DNA of 63,998 bases, counting the filler, from Octopus bimaculoides (lineage: Eukaryota): assembly GCF_001194135.2 (NCBI RefSeq). It is 8 parts of 8 records of this genome, joined end to end, with 100 filler letters (N's around TTAATTAATTAA, not from the genome) between each part and the next. Parts side by side here need not be neighbours in the genome. Positions count along the whole stretch, not along the records: positions 13,669 to 40,082 come from NC_069005.1; positions 40,183 to 47,783 come from NC_068984.1; positions 47,884 to 50,164 come from NW_026371546.1; positions 50,265 to 51,881 come from NW_026400263.1; positions 51,982 to 57,902 come from NC_068996.1; 3 more parts are not named here. One strand, given 5' to 3'. A program made the position numbers and the translations under genes. The notes beneath the pieces are model-generated. The model saw only the letters and a program-made list of their open reading frames with translations. It did no database searches and was not told where the DNA came from. Position 1 is the stretch's first letter, and the number at the start of each line of letters is the position of its first letter. Shown one piece after another: positions 38,893 through 52,340 of the stretch.

Positions 38893-39603
38893 TACATATA
38901 TACGACGGGCTTCTTTCAGTTTCCAAATCTACCAAATCCACTCACAAGGCTTTGGTCGGCCCAAGGCTATAGTAGAAGACACTTGCCCAAGGTGCCACGC
39001 AGTGGAACTGAGCCCAGAACCATGTGGTTAATAAGCAAGCTACTTACCACACAGCCACTCCTATGTCTATTGGAAAATTTTGTTTTACATCTCCAACAAG
39101 CTTTTTCAGTTCCCCATCATAACAGATTTTAGGAAATAATCAAATAACAGTTTGTCTTAACGAGACAAAATATATTGAACATTGGTTTCAAATTTTGGCA
39201 CAAGGCCAATAAGTTTGTAGGAGGGGGTCTGGTCAATTACATTGACCCCAATGCTCAACTGGTACTTATTTAATCAACTCTGAAAGGATGAAAGGCAAAG
39301 TCGACCTCAGCAGAATTTGAACTCAGAACATAAAGACAGACGAAATGTTGTTAAGCATTTTGCATGGTGCAGTAATGACTCTGCCAGCTCACCACCTCAA
39401 ATATATTGAAAATTAAAATGATCTTTTTTCTAAAACATTACTCAATTAATTAATATTAATTTCTGTGGCTTTGTTTAAGACTGCCAACAATGGAATTATG
39501 CTAATGAACGTTGCACCATTTAAACAAGTAAAAACATTGTTTTTACTCATAGTTTTGAATTGAGATTAAATAAATAATTAACACCACTATGTTTTATATA
39601 CAC

Positions 39604-39640
<37 letters not shown>

Positions 39641-39966
39641 AACTGAAAACAATTACAAAGAATACATTGGCTGAAACATTTTCAAATTTTTCTTTTAATT
39701 TAACAGTTAATTATACAGCATAGTTAGTAAGTTAGAATGACCAACTAACTAATTATGCTGCATAATTAACTTTTAAATTAAATTTGAAAATCTATCAGGT
39801 TCTGTACTCTTTGTAATTGTTTTGGATCTACACTCCTGCAAATATTCATAATTCAGCAGAGTGAATTAGAGGAATCACTGAGGGATTGTTCACCCTACAC
39901 GATCGTTCGTGGTGCTTACTACTTGGTGTGATTAGCCAGAATCTGGACTATACCTGAGAGTTCTTG

Positions 39967-40008
<42 letters not shown>

Positions 40009-40016
40009 AATATATG

Positions 40017-40048
<32 letters not shown>

Positions 40049-40050
40049 AA

Positions 40051-40082
<32 letters not shown>

Positions 40083-42789
40083 NNNNNNNNNNNNNNNNNN
40101 NNNNNNNNNNNNNNNNNNNNNNNNNNTTAATTAATTAANNNNNNNNNNNNNNNNNNNNNNNNNNNNNNNNNNNNNNNNNNNNACGTTAAACGATGATGAT
40201 GATGATGATGATGATATATATATATATAAACTATGTACAATTTTTGCATGGGCAGTTAAACTTGTATCTGTTTCTACTCAGTATTCAGGTAAGTAACTTG
40301 TTAGTGTTTTCATCAAATATAGTGAAAACCAGAATAGCTAATTGCTTTTGATATGCATGTCAGTGGGAAGGAGCAGTTAGAGAAAGTGGGAGGAGAGTAT
40401 TGAAGGCTGCTAATTTTATTAATAGACAGCAAGGTGTGAATTGAGGGGGATTTTGCTGCTATTTCTAGCATACACTACATTCTTTATTTTTATTTTTGTC
40501 TTCAAGAAATTTTACTTAACCTTTGTTTTTTAATTAATAAGTTTTTTTAAATTAATTCAAACTTATCTAGCCTAGCTCAGAGTTTTTAATACTTAAAATG
40601 CCTTTTGAATTAGTGACAAGAGCTATGTGAAATTGATCTAAAATTAATCTTTAAAGAGACTGGTAAGTTACAATTTCTAGTTGAAAATATCTGATTTTCT
40701 AAATAACTAAGACATAGAGACTAACACAAATTAAAAGATGCCATGCTATTATGATTGATAGATTTGTCTGTCAACCAATGATGAGATACTTTTAGAGCTA
40801 TTATTTGGTGCAGAATTTATTCAAAGTGATGATGATGATGATGATGTTTATATTTATGGTAACAAATATTAAATGAGGGAAAAAAAAAAAAAGACAGCAG
40901 TGAAACAAAATAAAAGTTCTATCTGCCATCTTTATTTAATAAACAACATAGCTTTGGATGTAATACAGTATTTGAATTTAGAACTATTTTAATGAAATTA
41001 TTTTATCACATCAGTCATAAAGTAAACATATTAATATAGAAACTGTTTCCTTTGATAATCTTAAATATTCATATTTTCCTTTTTTTTTTCTTTTAGTTTC
41101 TTAAGCTCAAGATTAAAATGTAATAACATATGCTTATAAGAATCATTACATTTTAGTTCATTCTTAATTTCCAATAACTATAAGAGAAAAATGCTTGTCT
41201 GAGTAACTTTGATATATGACAAGAATTGATTTCTATAGAAAAGACCAGTGATTAAAGAATTTAAAATTTTCACTTTTCTAATCAGTGTATGGAAGAGGGA
41301 GACAGGTACAGTTGATGTTTTGTTTCTGTAATGAATATAAATGTTTTCTTTTTTAGTTTTTAGTTTTTTAAGGATCCAATAGATGAAAATATTCTTTTTG
41401 TGAAACATAATTGTTTGAACTATATTACCATTTAAATATGAAAGATACATTTGTGTATGTGTATTTCCATGTCTGTGCATTAATTTGAGCAGAATAAGAT
41501 ACCTATATATCATTAGTCACCTGAACAAACAGTTTTGACATAGTAAATCATCTGCTCTTAAACTGAAGGTATGAATAAATTATACTCACATGTATTGAAA
41601 AGGCTTCTTTTATAAAGCCCCCTAACACATGCTTACATATATGATCATATTATAGTCTTTTGATAGAAAAGGTTTAAGATTGTATATTATAGAAAACTAC
41701 TTTAGAAAATTACATAATTTGCATTGAACTTGAAATGCTAGCAATATTTAACATTTGAGCTATTTTGATTTAAGACTGTATGATTTTAAGAACTGATTAG
41801 AAAAGAGTTAAATCAGCCCTAACATATTTCTGGTTCTTATTGATCTAGGAGGGATGAATACCTCTGTGAGATGGATATCTACTATGGTGCATTAAAGCAG
41901 TAATTCTTTATGTAGATACCGCCATAACACCCTCTTGACATTTATCACCCAAAGGGTGGCAAATATCAATTAACTGCTTTAGAAAGCACTAGGAATTTTC
42001 TTAGAAATAAAATATTTACACTTGGTGCAATACTATATTTTCATCATATTTTCAAAATAATGTTTGTTAGTATGAGAAAATGAGTCAGATATAATGTTTT
42101 CAGGGAGCAGATAACATGTCTAATGATGTGCCAGGGTACAGTATAATTTCATAAGTCTTCTTCTTTAGTAATTTACACAGGAATTTAACATAAGGGCACC
42201 AGTCCTTGTAAATATCTAGTTTTCTTTTGTCTCTGCAAATATGCAAAGAGAGCACTTGTAAAAATGGTATTGAATGAATAGAGTTGCGAGATCCTATGAT
42301 TAGAAACACTTTTTCAAATTTCAAAGTTGTAGTTTCTTGGCAAGTGACTTGGTCTGAGGGTTACATCATAGAAGAATCATGATAGCCAATTAAAACCTGA
42401 ATATACTGTTATATTCACTTCTGTTTTATTTCCTTATAGTTACATCTCTTATGAAGTGTCAAAAGGTTTTATAGTACATCAAGATCACTTGATATGCTTT
42501 TCTAACTTCAGTGACAAAGATAACAAGAGGAAGGTGTTAGAAAGTTACTAAACAATGTACATGGAATAAGTCAATATGAGTGGGGTAAAATAAGTTAATG
42601 TGGGAAACAAATAAGGTAAGTTGGGATAGCTATGAAAATACTGCAGAGAATTTATTAGTGAAAGGTGTACTGCTTTTATATAGTTACAAGAATTGTTATT
42701 ATGGAGAAGGATGGTCCTAGTTTGACATCTGTAGTTTAATTCAAATTTTAACAGCTGCAAGGGTTTGCATTATTTTTTCTTTATGTGCC

Positions 42790-43230
42790 ATGCCTAGAAT
42801 GTAGGACATAGGCAATATTGTCCTGCCACAATTCTCTGTTCTTTATTTTCTGTAACAATTCCTTTTCCTGATGTTTAATGCCCCCTTCTTCCAACTAGTT
42901 TGTCAAACTTGACATCCGTATTATTCTTCTCCTTCCTCAATTTCTTCCCTTTAGTCTTTTTGATTATTGCTAAATTCTCCAGGCCCTCTTTTCTTATTAC
43001 ATAACAAAGAAATCTCAGTTGCTTAGCCCTTATCTCATGAAGCAATTTCCTGCAGCCCTGGTCATCACTTTTTCATTAGACACTTTGTCTTTGCTATTCT
43101 CAATGTTCTCCTTAAGCACCACATTTCACTGCACTCCAAGCTCCTCATTTCTGATGAAAAAGACCATACCTCACTTCCATACGTTAACACATAAATACTT
43201 GTTATAGACCTCACTTCCATACTTTAACAT
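42790..43230 (-). mobile_element. RTE/BovB-like LINE 3' fragment
   Basis: Minus-strand translation QLRFLCYVIRKEGLENLAII..KGK resembles the RTE motif 'LRFLGHIMRKEGLENL..GKIEGKR'. Confidence 0.55.
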
Positions 43231-46200
43231 AGCACTTCAATATATGGATCTTGGTCTTGGTGCTCAGAGTAAGGGTTCTCAAGATGTTATTCAATTTTGA
43301 GAATGCAGATTTTGCCAACACTATTCATCTTTTGATCTTTACATGTCTTGCTTCTTTTGTGATCTTCACCTGAGAGTGGGGCTTTAAACGAATACCTCCC
43401 TGTATCCTCTATGTACCACAGAAGGTGACTGAAAGGGGAACCACAGCAGCAAAAGGGGGCTGGATGCTGTTTGGGTGGCACCATCAGGATCATTAAAACA
43501 GTATATCCCCAAAGACATTGCTGTGGTAGTGTGAGTTTAGGCTGCCTTTAGATAGGCCTAACTATTCCCTGTACTGTGCAGCAGTAGTACAGTACAAGTG
43601 TCTCAGTAGATAATCCTTGAGTGATGGACAACAGCAGATCTCGATTAAGTGGTAGGCATTCTGGTAACCCTAGATGTGGCCATTGTGCTATGGTGAAGAA
43701 GGCAATGGGAAACCACTTCATTACTTTTCAATTCCCAAGAACAATCATGAATAGTCGCAATTCAATGCTTGAAGATAACAGCATGAAGTGAGCTTGTGTT
43801 TGCATTATAAGAAAATGAAAATCAGAGTTAACAGACTGAATAATTGCTAAGTTATCATCCAGGTTCTGTATGGTATGATTGCTTTGCTTTATAAGAAAGG
43901 AAAGTGATTAAAATTTTTTTTTCAATTTTGTTATAAATTGTAAAAGATAAAACTATTTCTTGAATAATGATTGCAGTTGTGTGACCCCATAAAGATGTTT
44001 GTCTTGTTTAATACTATAAAAGTTAAGAAATTATAGTTTGTTCTGATAAATTTTCATGGATACCTTTTTGTTGATGATTATAAATGTGGTAGTCAACTTA
44101 TAAATGTGGTAGTTGATAGTAGTGAAATTATAAAAAACACAACACAGTCAAGGTGGATCTGTTAAACCACTTGGGTTGTAATTGGCAATTTAACTGTTGC
44201 TTGCTTTACCATTTTTATTGTCTGTTCTTATTGGCAATATTAAGAATTTTTCTTATTACTGAGACCATTATGCTATGTCTGTATAATTGATTTCATAATA
44301 ATTAACTTTGCTGCATAATAAAGTTTGGTGATTGAATAGGCAAAAGTGTTAGAATGGTTTTGTACCAGAGTAAGGAACCATAGGTTCCATATTTATGGAA
44401 AATTAGCAGCATGAGAAATACTTTAGTAAATTATAAGACCTGGGTATGACTTATGTGGTTAACAAGTTTGTTTTGCAGCTGTGAAGTTTGGGGTTTGATC
44501 CCACTGTGTGTCACTTTAGTTAAATGTCTTCCACTATATGCTTGGGTTGACCAATGCCATGTGAATACAATTTAATAGAAATTGTTCAGAAGTTTGTTAG
44601 TAGTGGTGGTACTTGTTCTGGGGATGGTACATTTAATCTGCTATCTGATTGAACAGTCACCTGGCCTTAGTATCTTTTGCAGAGTCTACTTAGTTGCAAG
44701 CATTTAAACACGGTCTCCAATAGGTCCTGAAAAAGGTTATTATGAACTGTTCTTTGTACTCTGAGTAAACCATTAAAAAAAGCCTTTGATTAATGCATGT
44801 GTGATAAACTATATTGGTTTGGATATTTATTGAGTGTGGATATTACTTGCTTAGTGAAAATATGTGATGAGTTCTTAAGTAGACAATTACTAGAGCTGAT
44901 GCTAACCAAGGAAGACTACAAGTATGTTAGCTTTGATCTTAGAAAGCTTTATTTTATAGATATTATGGCAAAGAGTAGGAACAATTTGAAATATACTGGT
45001 ATTTAGACATGTTCAGCTCATGCTGACATATTAAAAACAGACAAAACAAAAATGTCAAATTGTTTTTATTTAAACTATTAAACTAGATGCTTTAGATGAA
45101 TTTAGTATTTGCTAGATTATTCTGATTTCAAATCTAACCAGAATTAATCTTTGTTTTCATCTTCCTCCAGTCTTGATTTAAAAAGCCGTACCAGTAATAT
45201 ACTTAGAAAAAATTCAGTTGATTATATTTGTCTAACAAAAGAATAGCTTAGAATAATTCATTGTATTTGTGTGTGTTAGAGTGATGTAAAATACAGATGT
45301 TGATATCAAATGTAAATGAATAAATGAAGTTAATGCCTCTGCCAGTAAAAATGTTATCTTTTCTTTACACACCTGATCCTGAAAGCTAGGCAACAAAAGA
45401 ATCAGTAATTTTTCCCTCCATCTGATAACAATAGAATTGGCTGTCACCTTTTTATTGTAAGGTATTGGAGAAAATCAATAGTCCTGCTGTAAATACAACT
45501 ACACTGCTATTCAAGTAGGAAGAATTTTTGTTTGGTAGAGGATTCTAGATATTTCCTGGTGCCAGCATCTATAGGAAAATGCAGCTAAGATGGATAGTGG
45601 TCTTTTTGTTTTTTTACCAAAGAACATTATATACCTTAAGCTGGTTATTAGAAAAAGCAAAAAAATCTGTATAATTGTTTTTTGTAGAAATTAATATAAA
45701 ACTAAAAAGAAAAATGAAGTGAAATTTTTAAGGAGTATACAAGTTATGTTTTAAAGAATTTGAAAAACAATACTAGGAATATAAATTTCTGTAGAAAATT
45801 TAAATATAAAGAGAAATATATTTATTAATTTTATGTGAATGGAAAGTTGATAGAAGTGTTAAAATTGGGGTTAAAAATTTGCAATGCCATTCCTTTTCAT
45901 TTTTATTATCTCATTTTTTTTTCTAACACTTATTCGTTCATAAACAAAAAAAAAAAAATGGTTTTAAAACTGAGAAACATCTTAACTGAAGGTTAAAATA
46001 GCATTTGTAAATAACAAAACTTTTTACTAACATTTTCTTACAACAAACTGTCTATTAATGAAAATATTCTTTCATAAACAAACAGAAATAGAAGGGAAAA
46101 AGAGAAAAACTTTCAAGCTATTTTATGTTCAAATGTATGTCAAGTTTATTCTCTCAGAAAGAAATATCTCTTGTTGACAGAACAGTTTCTGTGCTTTTAT

Positions 46201-47019
46201 TGTTTATCTTTTAATAAAGTTTCACTAGAATTTTAATTGATGGTTGTCATGTAACTGAGTGCAATATAAAAATTAAATGTTATTTTGCTCTCTGCAATAC
46301 ATCCAAATATACACTAAGCTGCTGTGAACATCTTATATGATCTTTTAGAAGAATTCATGAAGATAATTTACCTGGATACTAAATTCTTTGGTTTAAATTT
46401 ATCTTGTGGTATAATTATCAATTAGATTCTTATCAAACATGAATTAACAGCATTGAAGATGAGAGAAATGTTTCGTTGCTTGCAGAGTGCACTGGTTTTT
46501 CAACCTTTATTAAAAACTACACAGCTAAACTAGTTGGTAGAAACTCAAACTGCTAGAAACAATAAACTACAACACCCTCAAATTTCATCCTGTTGTCTTT
46601 AAAAAAAAAAAATCATGTTGGACTTCTGGCTGGAATGACTATAATCAAAGGTTTTCTCTGACTTGGACTAAACAAGCTATTCAGTTAAATGAGCTAATGA
46701 GAGAACCTCTACATGGTCACTTTAGAAACAATAACCTGCTAGAAATAATAGTCAAATAACACTCTGTTGTCTTTAAATAAGGAAAGGATATAATTTTACA
46801 CATGCCTGAAAGGATGAAACAGTTGTGGCCAGGTTACCTTTTGATCAAAGGTTTGCTTTGCTAGATCAGAGCTGACATGAGGCTAAGCAGTACCAGCAAT
46901 TATGCGACTAAATCCTATATTTAGTATGTGATGATCTTTACTAATCTTTACTAAATAACTAAAGGCTGTTATGGTTTTGAGCTGCAAAAATGAAAATAGT
47001 GAATTCCATGAGTAAGTGC

Positions 47020-47783
47020 TATTCCAGTTGTCTTGCGTGTTAGTTACTTCCGGTAGACACGAAGAACAGAGTGGATGGATGTGTTTCAGCTCCGTCCAAT
47101 GTCGAACCATTGAATATTGAACTATTGAGAAGAACTGTGTGGACGTGCGTCGTTCGACGCCGTCTAATATTGGAACTATTGAGAAGCCAGCCGAGGTAGG
47201 TGGAATTGTTTTTTTGAGCAAGGTATAATTTATTGTGTTTCATTTGTTTCAGTAAATTTAGCCTAGCTCTGGGCAATTTCTTCTGCCACGGCGGCTGTAT
47301 TTGTTGTTCATTNNNNNNNNNNCTGGGCAATTTCTTCTGCCACGGCGGCTGTATTTGTTGTTCATTTTTAGTGAGCAAATTGTGTTCTCGTTCGCTGTTA
47401 TTGGTGGGCGTGTTTGACTCACCATGACAGCGGACTGAGAATTTTTTGTGAAAAACTTTTGTGTCTCACTTAATTGCGAGAACTGTCGTTTTTGTGGGCG
47501 TATCTCGCCTTCGAAAGACTTGAGGAAAAAATTCTAACAATTTGTGAAGGATTTCTCTGTGTTCCTGTTGCTGTGACCCTGGATTGCCTTTACTGGAATA
47601 CCTGCTAGGATTACCGAGTGGCCGGAATTGTGTTGCTGTGTCTTGAACTGTCTTCCTTCCTTCTTTTTCTCTGCTCTGTCTTTCTGTTCCTTTTGTATTT
47701 ATTTATTTATTTATTTTTACTGTGAACTTTTTTGTTGAACTTTTCTTTGGATTTTTTGAACTTTTGAAGGCATGGCAAAAAAG
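47020..47783 (+). other. CpG-rich unique segment ending in ATG GCA AAA AAG at a gap; possible LINE 5' UTR or promoter
   Basis: Many CpGs in a CpG-poor background, an ACTTCCGG motif at about 47045, a twice-repeated gaactattgagaag, a pyrimidine tract, then ATG immediately before the spacer. Confidence 0.35.
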
Positions 47784-49773
47784 NNNNNNNNNNNNNNNNN
47801 NNNNNNNNNNNNNNNNNNNNNNNNNNNTTAATTAATTAANNNNNNNNNNNNNNNNNNNNNNNNNNNNNNNNNNNNNNNNNNNNCTCACCCCAGAAATATA
47901 GTTTTAGGTGTTAGACACCCAGGTAAAGGGGCAGGAACTCCCAGCACCAATCACCACCATCCTTACCCCCCACTTCAAACCAATGAATAACCAGAAGGAA
48001 TAGAACGAAACAATTTGTCCAATGCTCGGACAATTCTACCAGATTGTTTCCCTTAATGATTAATTTCAAATAAAGGTGTATAAGACAATTTTCAGTGAGA
48101 AGGTGTGTGTATATTATATTATATATCATTTAATGTACACAGCATAAAGATACAGGCTGTCAACAGTTTCTTGCTCTGGAAACACGAGTCTCCAAATTTT
48201 CAGGCTCTCTCTACTATGTACTAGCTATATCTGGCCAAAATATTCTCCCTGGTTTTTGTTCAAACTGACCAGATCTGGCCTCTAACACACACCTGCCCAA
48301 CAATCCCATCATCGAAATCTCAAAGCTATGAGATAATCCATGATTAATCCAAAACAATGTGAATGAATAAGTTATTAGATTTCACAGAGTAATCTGAATG
48401 CAACAGGGTTAAACATACATAAGGTATTGTTTGAGGAGGGACATGGCTCCTATTTCTAACAGGACTAGCGACCATACAAAGTTCTCCTGCAGGGCTTCAT
48501 ACATAGATATACTCTTTTACTTGTTTCAGTCATTTGACTGTGGCCATGCTGGAGCACCGCCTTTAGTTGAGCAAATCGACCCCAGGACTTATTCTTTGGA
48601 AGCCTAGTACTTATTCTATCGGTCTCTTTTGCCGAACCGCTAAGTTACGGGGACGTAAACATACCAGCATCGGTTGTCAAGCGATGTTGGGGGACAATCA
48701 CAGACACACAAACATATATACGGCGGGCTTCTTTCAGTTTGCGTCTACCAAATCCACTCACAAGGCTTTAGTCAGCCTAAGGCTATAGTAGAAGACACTT
48801 GCCCAGGGTGCCACGCAGTGGGACTGAACCTGGAGCCATGTGGTTGGTAAGCTAGCTACTTACCACACAGCCACTCCTGCGCCTGTATATATATATACAG
48901 CCACTCCTACGCCTATATATACATATATATATATCCCTTTAGCATCTAAACCAGCTACATCCAGCCCAAATATTCTTCCTGTTTTCTGTTTGAACTGGCC
49001 ACATCCAGCTTCTCACACCTACCCTACAATGTTATTCTAGGACTAAGCAATCACATCATTGAAATCTCGAAGCTAGGAGATAATCCATGATTAATTCAAA
49101 ACAATTTGAATAAATTAGCTTTACGTTTGACCGTAATCTGAATGCCAAAAGATTAAATGATATTTACCTCACTCTCGATTGAATACTTTCTTTTGTTGAA
49201 TAGTAAACTATAAATAACTATATGTATATATATGACGGTAGTTTCTTATAGTCTGGGAAAGAGGGTTCTGTAATTTCTTTATTGTGATCAAATTGACATT
49301 ATCTGAATAGGGGCCCGGTGAACCACACATCAGGTGTTGAAGGGGGGTCGCACAGCAACACAAGATGGAGTGTTTTACTCAAGAACACAACAGACCACCC
49401 GGTCTGGGAATTGAAACCTTGATCTCATCGTCATGAGTGCAACACCCAAACCACTAGGCCATGCACAGTCTCGACTGGACTATCGGATGTTTGCACATCA
49501 CTGGTCACAATGCGCTTCACATTGCTTTAGCGGTACTGCACTGGGCTTATGCAAGCAGACCAATGCCCACCCTGATCTGAAGGCTATTCCATCATAGGGT
49601 TACCCATTTACGGCCGAGTGGACTGGAGTAACATGAAAAGAAGGGTTTTATGCAGGAACCACCCAGTACAGAAATCGAACCTATGATCTGGAAATTGTGA
49701 GTTCAATACCTATCCACTAGGCCATGCCCCTTCATGTGTGTGTATCTATGTATGTACACATATATATATATAT

Positions 49774-50143
49774 ATCAAAATAAGCAACAGGATATCCAGA
49801 GGTGATGCAGTACGACTGTTTCAAGCAGCTCCATTTAATTGAACAATGTAATTATTATATCAATTTAAATCCAGGGCTATCCTCAGCTGCATAAATAAAT
49901 AAATAGAAGTCAGAAAGACTTCTAAGCTGAAGTGAAAAACAGCATGGACTTTGTCTTCTTACGCTATTAGAGGATTTACATAAAATTATACAAATGTGTC
50001 CAACTGTTGAAATTAATTCTATTTATTTATTTATTGCAGCTGAGGATAGCCCTGCATTTAAGTTGGATGTAATGATTGCATTGTTCAATTAAATGCACGG
50101 TCGTACTGCATCATCTCTGGATATCCTTGTTGCTTATTTTGAT
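49774..50143. mobile_element. Long-TIR MITE / fold-back element
   Basis: 49774-49908 aligns to the reverse complement of 50017-50143 (atcaaaataagcaaca..ggatatccagag..gatgcagtacgac..catttaattgaacaatg..gggctatcctcagctgca..taaataaataaatagaa). Confidence 0.85.
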
Positions 50144-51981
50144 TTTATTCACCTTATTTTGAAANNNNNNNNNNNNNNNNNNNNNNNNNNNNNNNNNNNN
50201 NNNNNNNNTTAATTAATTAANNNNNNNNNNNNNNNNNNNNNNNNNNNNNNNNNNNNNNNNNNNNATGCATGTGTGTATGTGCTAGTGAGTGTGTGTGTGC
50301 TAGTGAGTGTGTGTGTGTGTGTGTGCGTGTGTCTGTGAATCAAATAGTATGTGTTACGTTCGGTATCGGCACTATTTGCATGAGAGCGATTTTATTTTTG
50401 CATATACATACACATACTTAGACGTTTGTGTACGTGCGAATATGTATACACACATACACACACCCACGCACACACACACACGAGCACGCACATAGATACA
50501 CGCGCACACATGTTTATCCACATAAGCCCATTTATGCCTTACCTCTCTGTCTCCCTCCCTCTTTCCATCTTACTTTTTTGCTTTCTTTCTCTATACACAC
50601 ACACACTCTCACACACATGTATATATAAATACATGCTTTTATGTGTGTGAAAATGTATATACATGTGTGTCTATGCTTGTATGTATGTGTACTACTCTTC
50701 ATGGCAGAAACGATATTGCTATGTCGTATCATATATCATTTATCATAACTCATTAATTCTATTTTTAAACACATCACTACATTGTATCTTACAGCCTGTT
50801 GTACTATGTGTGTTGTTATATACGTATGTATGTATGTATGTATGTATGTATCTCCTCCCTGAGCTCTCTTCGAAACATTCCCTTTCATCATCATCGAATG
50901 GATATCCACACTCCAGGCTCTGGCAGCATTTGGATTGTGCCATCATCCAGCAACGAAAAAAAAAAGTCCTCATTACGAAAACAGCTTCACCTGCTGTTGA
51001 CTGTTGGACAGACCCTCCTTTTAGTTATCATGCACATGAAAATTACCATTTGGGAGAAACCAAGAAGCCAAAATACATTACCATCTCGAAAAAAATATGA
51101 AAATTCAAATCAAGGCTTTAAAATCCCTAGTTCAAAACTTCAAGCACCAATGTCAAACCAAAATTCGGAGAAACACAGAACAACTTATGGCAACGGAATG
51201 TAATAATGCTTCAAAGTTATGCAGACACCCATGCTATCAGAAACTTCTTGGTTTGAAAGAAGCAAATATTTGAGAAGTACGAAAATCAATCTTCTGATAG
51301 CGTACATCACAAACATCGTAACGAATCCTCAAGATATATTCGAACGCTGGATGTAAATTTTTCTAACTGTTGAATCAGTATTTAATAACAGCAGAATATT
51401 TCTTAAGTTCTACACCGTCCTGAAAAAAATTATGGAGGAAAGTACCACCAGCATTTCGAGAATCTGAAAATTCCATGAACAGAATAAAACCACGAAAATT
51501 CCCACGTCCAGACAACATAATCTTGAATTACACAAATATAGGATACTATCGCTCAAAACCAAGCTTTTTATTTCGATGCTGAATATATGAGATGACCGCA
51601 GAGTTCTAAAACCAAATTTTAAAATATTATCTTCATCTTCAAGAAAAGAGATAATAAAATGTTGTGAGAATCATCATCGTTAGGATATTCAAAAGCTGTA
51701 GCGTGGAAAAGTGGATGTTTCATATGCATATATATTCTTTTATTCTCTTATTCTTTTACTTGTTTTAGTCATTTTAGTCGAAGAAATCGACCCCAAGACT
51801 TACTCTTTGTAAGATTAGTATTCATTAAATCGGTCTCTTTTGCCGAATCGCTAAGTTACGGAGGCGTAAACACGCCAACATNNNNNNNNNNNNNNNNNNN
51901 NNNNNNNNNNNNNNNNNNNNNNNNNTTAATTAATTAANNNNNNNNNNNNNNNNNNNNNNNNNNNNNNNNNNNNNNNNNNNN

Positions 51982-52340
51982 ATTGGTACAATTCCCTGCT
52001 ACCACCGTTCTTCCAGTTCTTCCAAGCCTGTTTCTTTTGTCTAATAGCCCTGTCTACCTCCTTGTTCCACCACCACGTTATTTTCGGTCGAGAAGGGACT
52101 TTACCCCAGCCACAGATCTGGTTGGTGGCTCTCAGCAGGTTGTCCCGCAGAAATCTCCAATTGTCTTCCACGTTGTATGATGCTATATCCCCTTCTATTT
52201 CGTCAAATGCTTCGAGTAACATGCCTCTGAGTCTCTGTCCATTTGCAGGGTCTTTAAGCTTCCACACCCTTCTCCTCCAAGCCGGTCTACTTCTGGGCAC
52301 CCATTTTGCCTTGATCCTGAAGTCGCTAACTACTATATAT
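51982..52340 (-). mobile_element. RTE-clade LINE fragment (post-endonuclease linker)
   Basis: VVSDFRIKAKWVPRSRPAWRRRVWKLKDPANGQR..EDNWRFLRDNLLRAT.QICGW..WWWNKEVDRAIRQKKQAWK; same family as 11290-11560. Confidence 0.8.

Noticed and set aside
47269-47366. Exact 44-nt direct repeat either side of a 10-N gap
   Set aside because: Typical unmerged contig overlap; most likely an assembly artefact.
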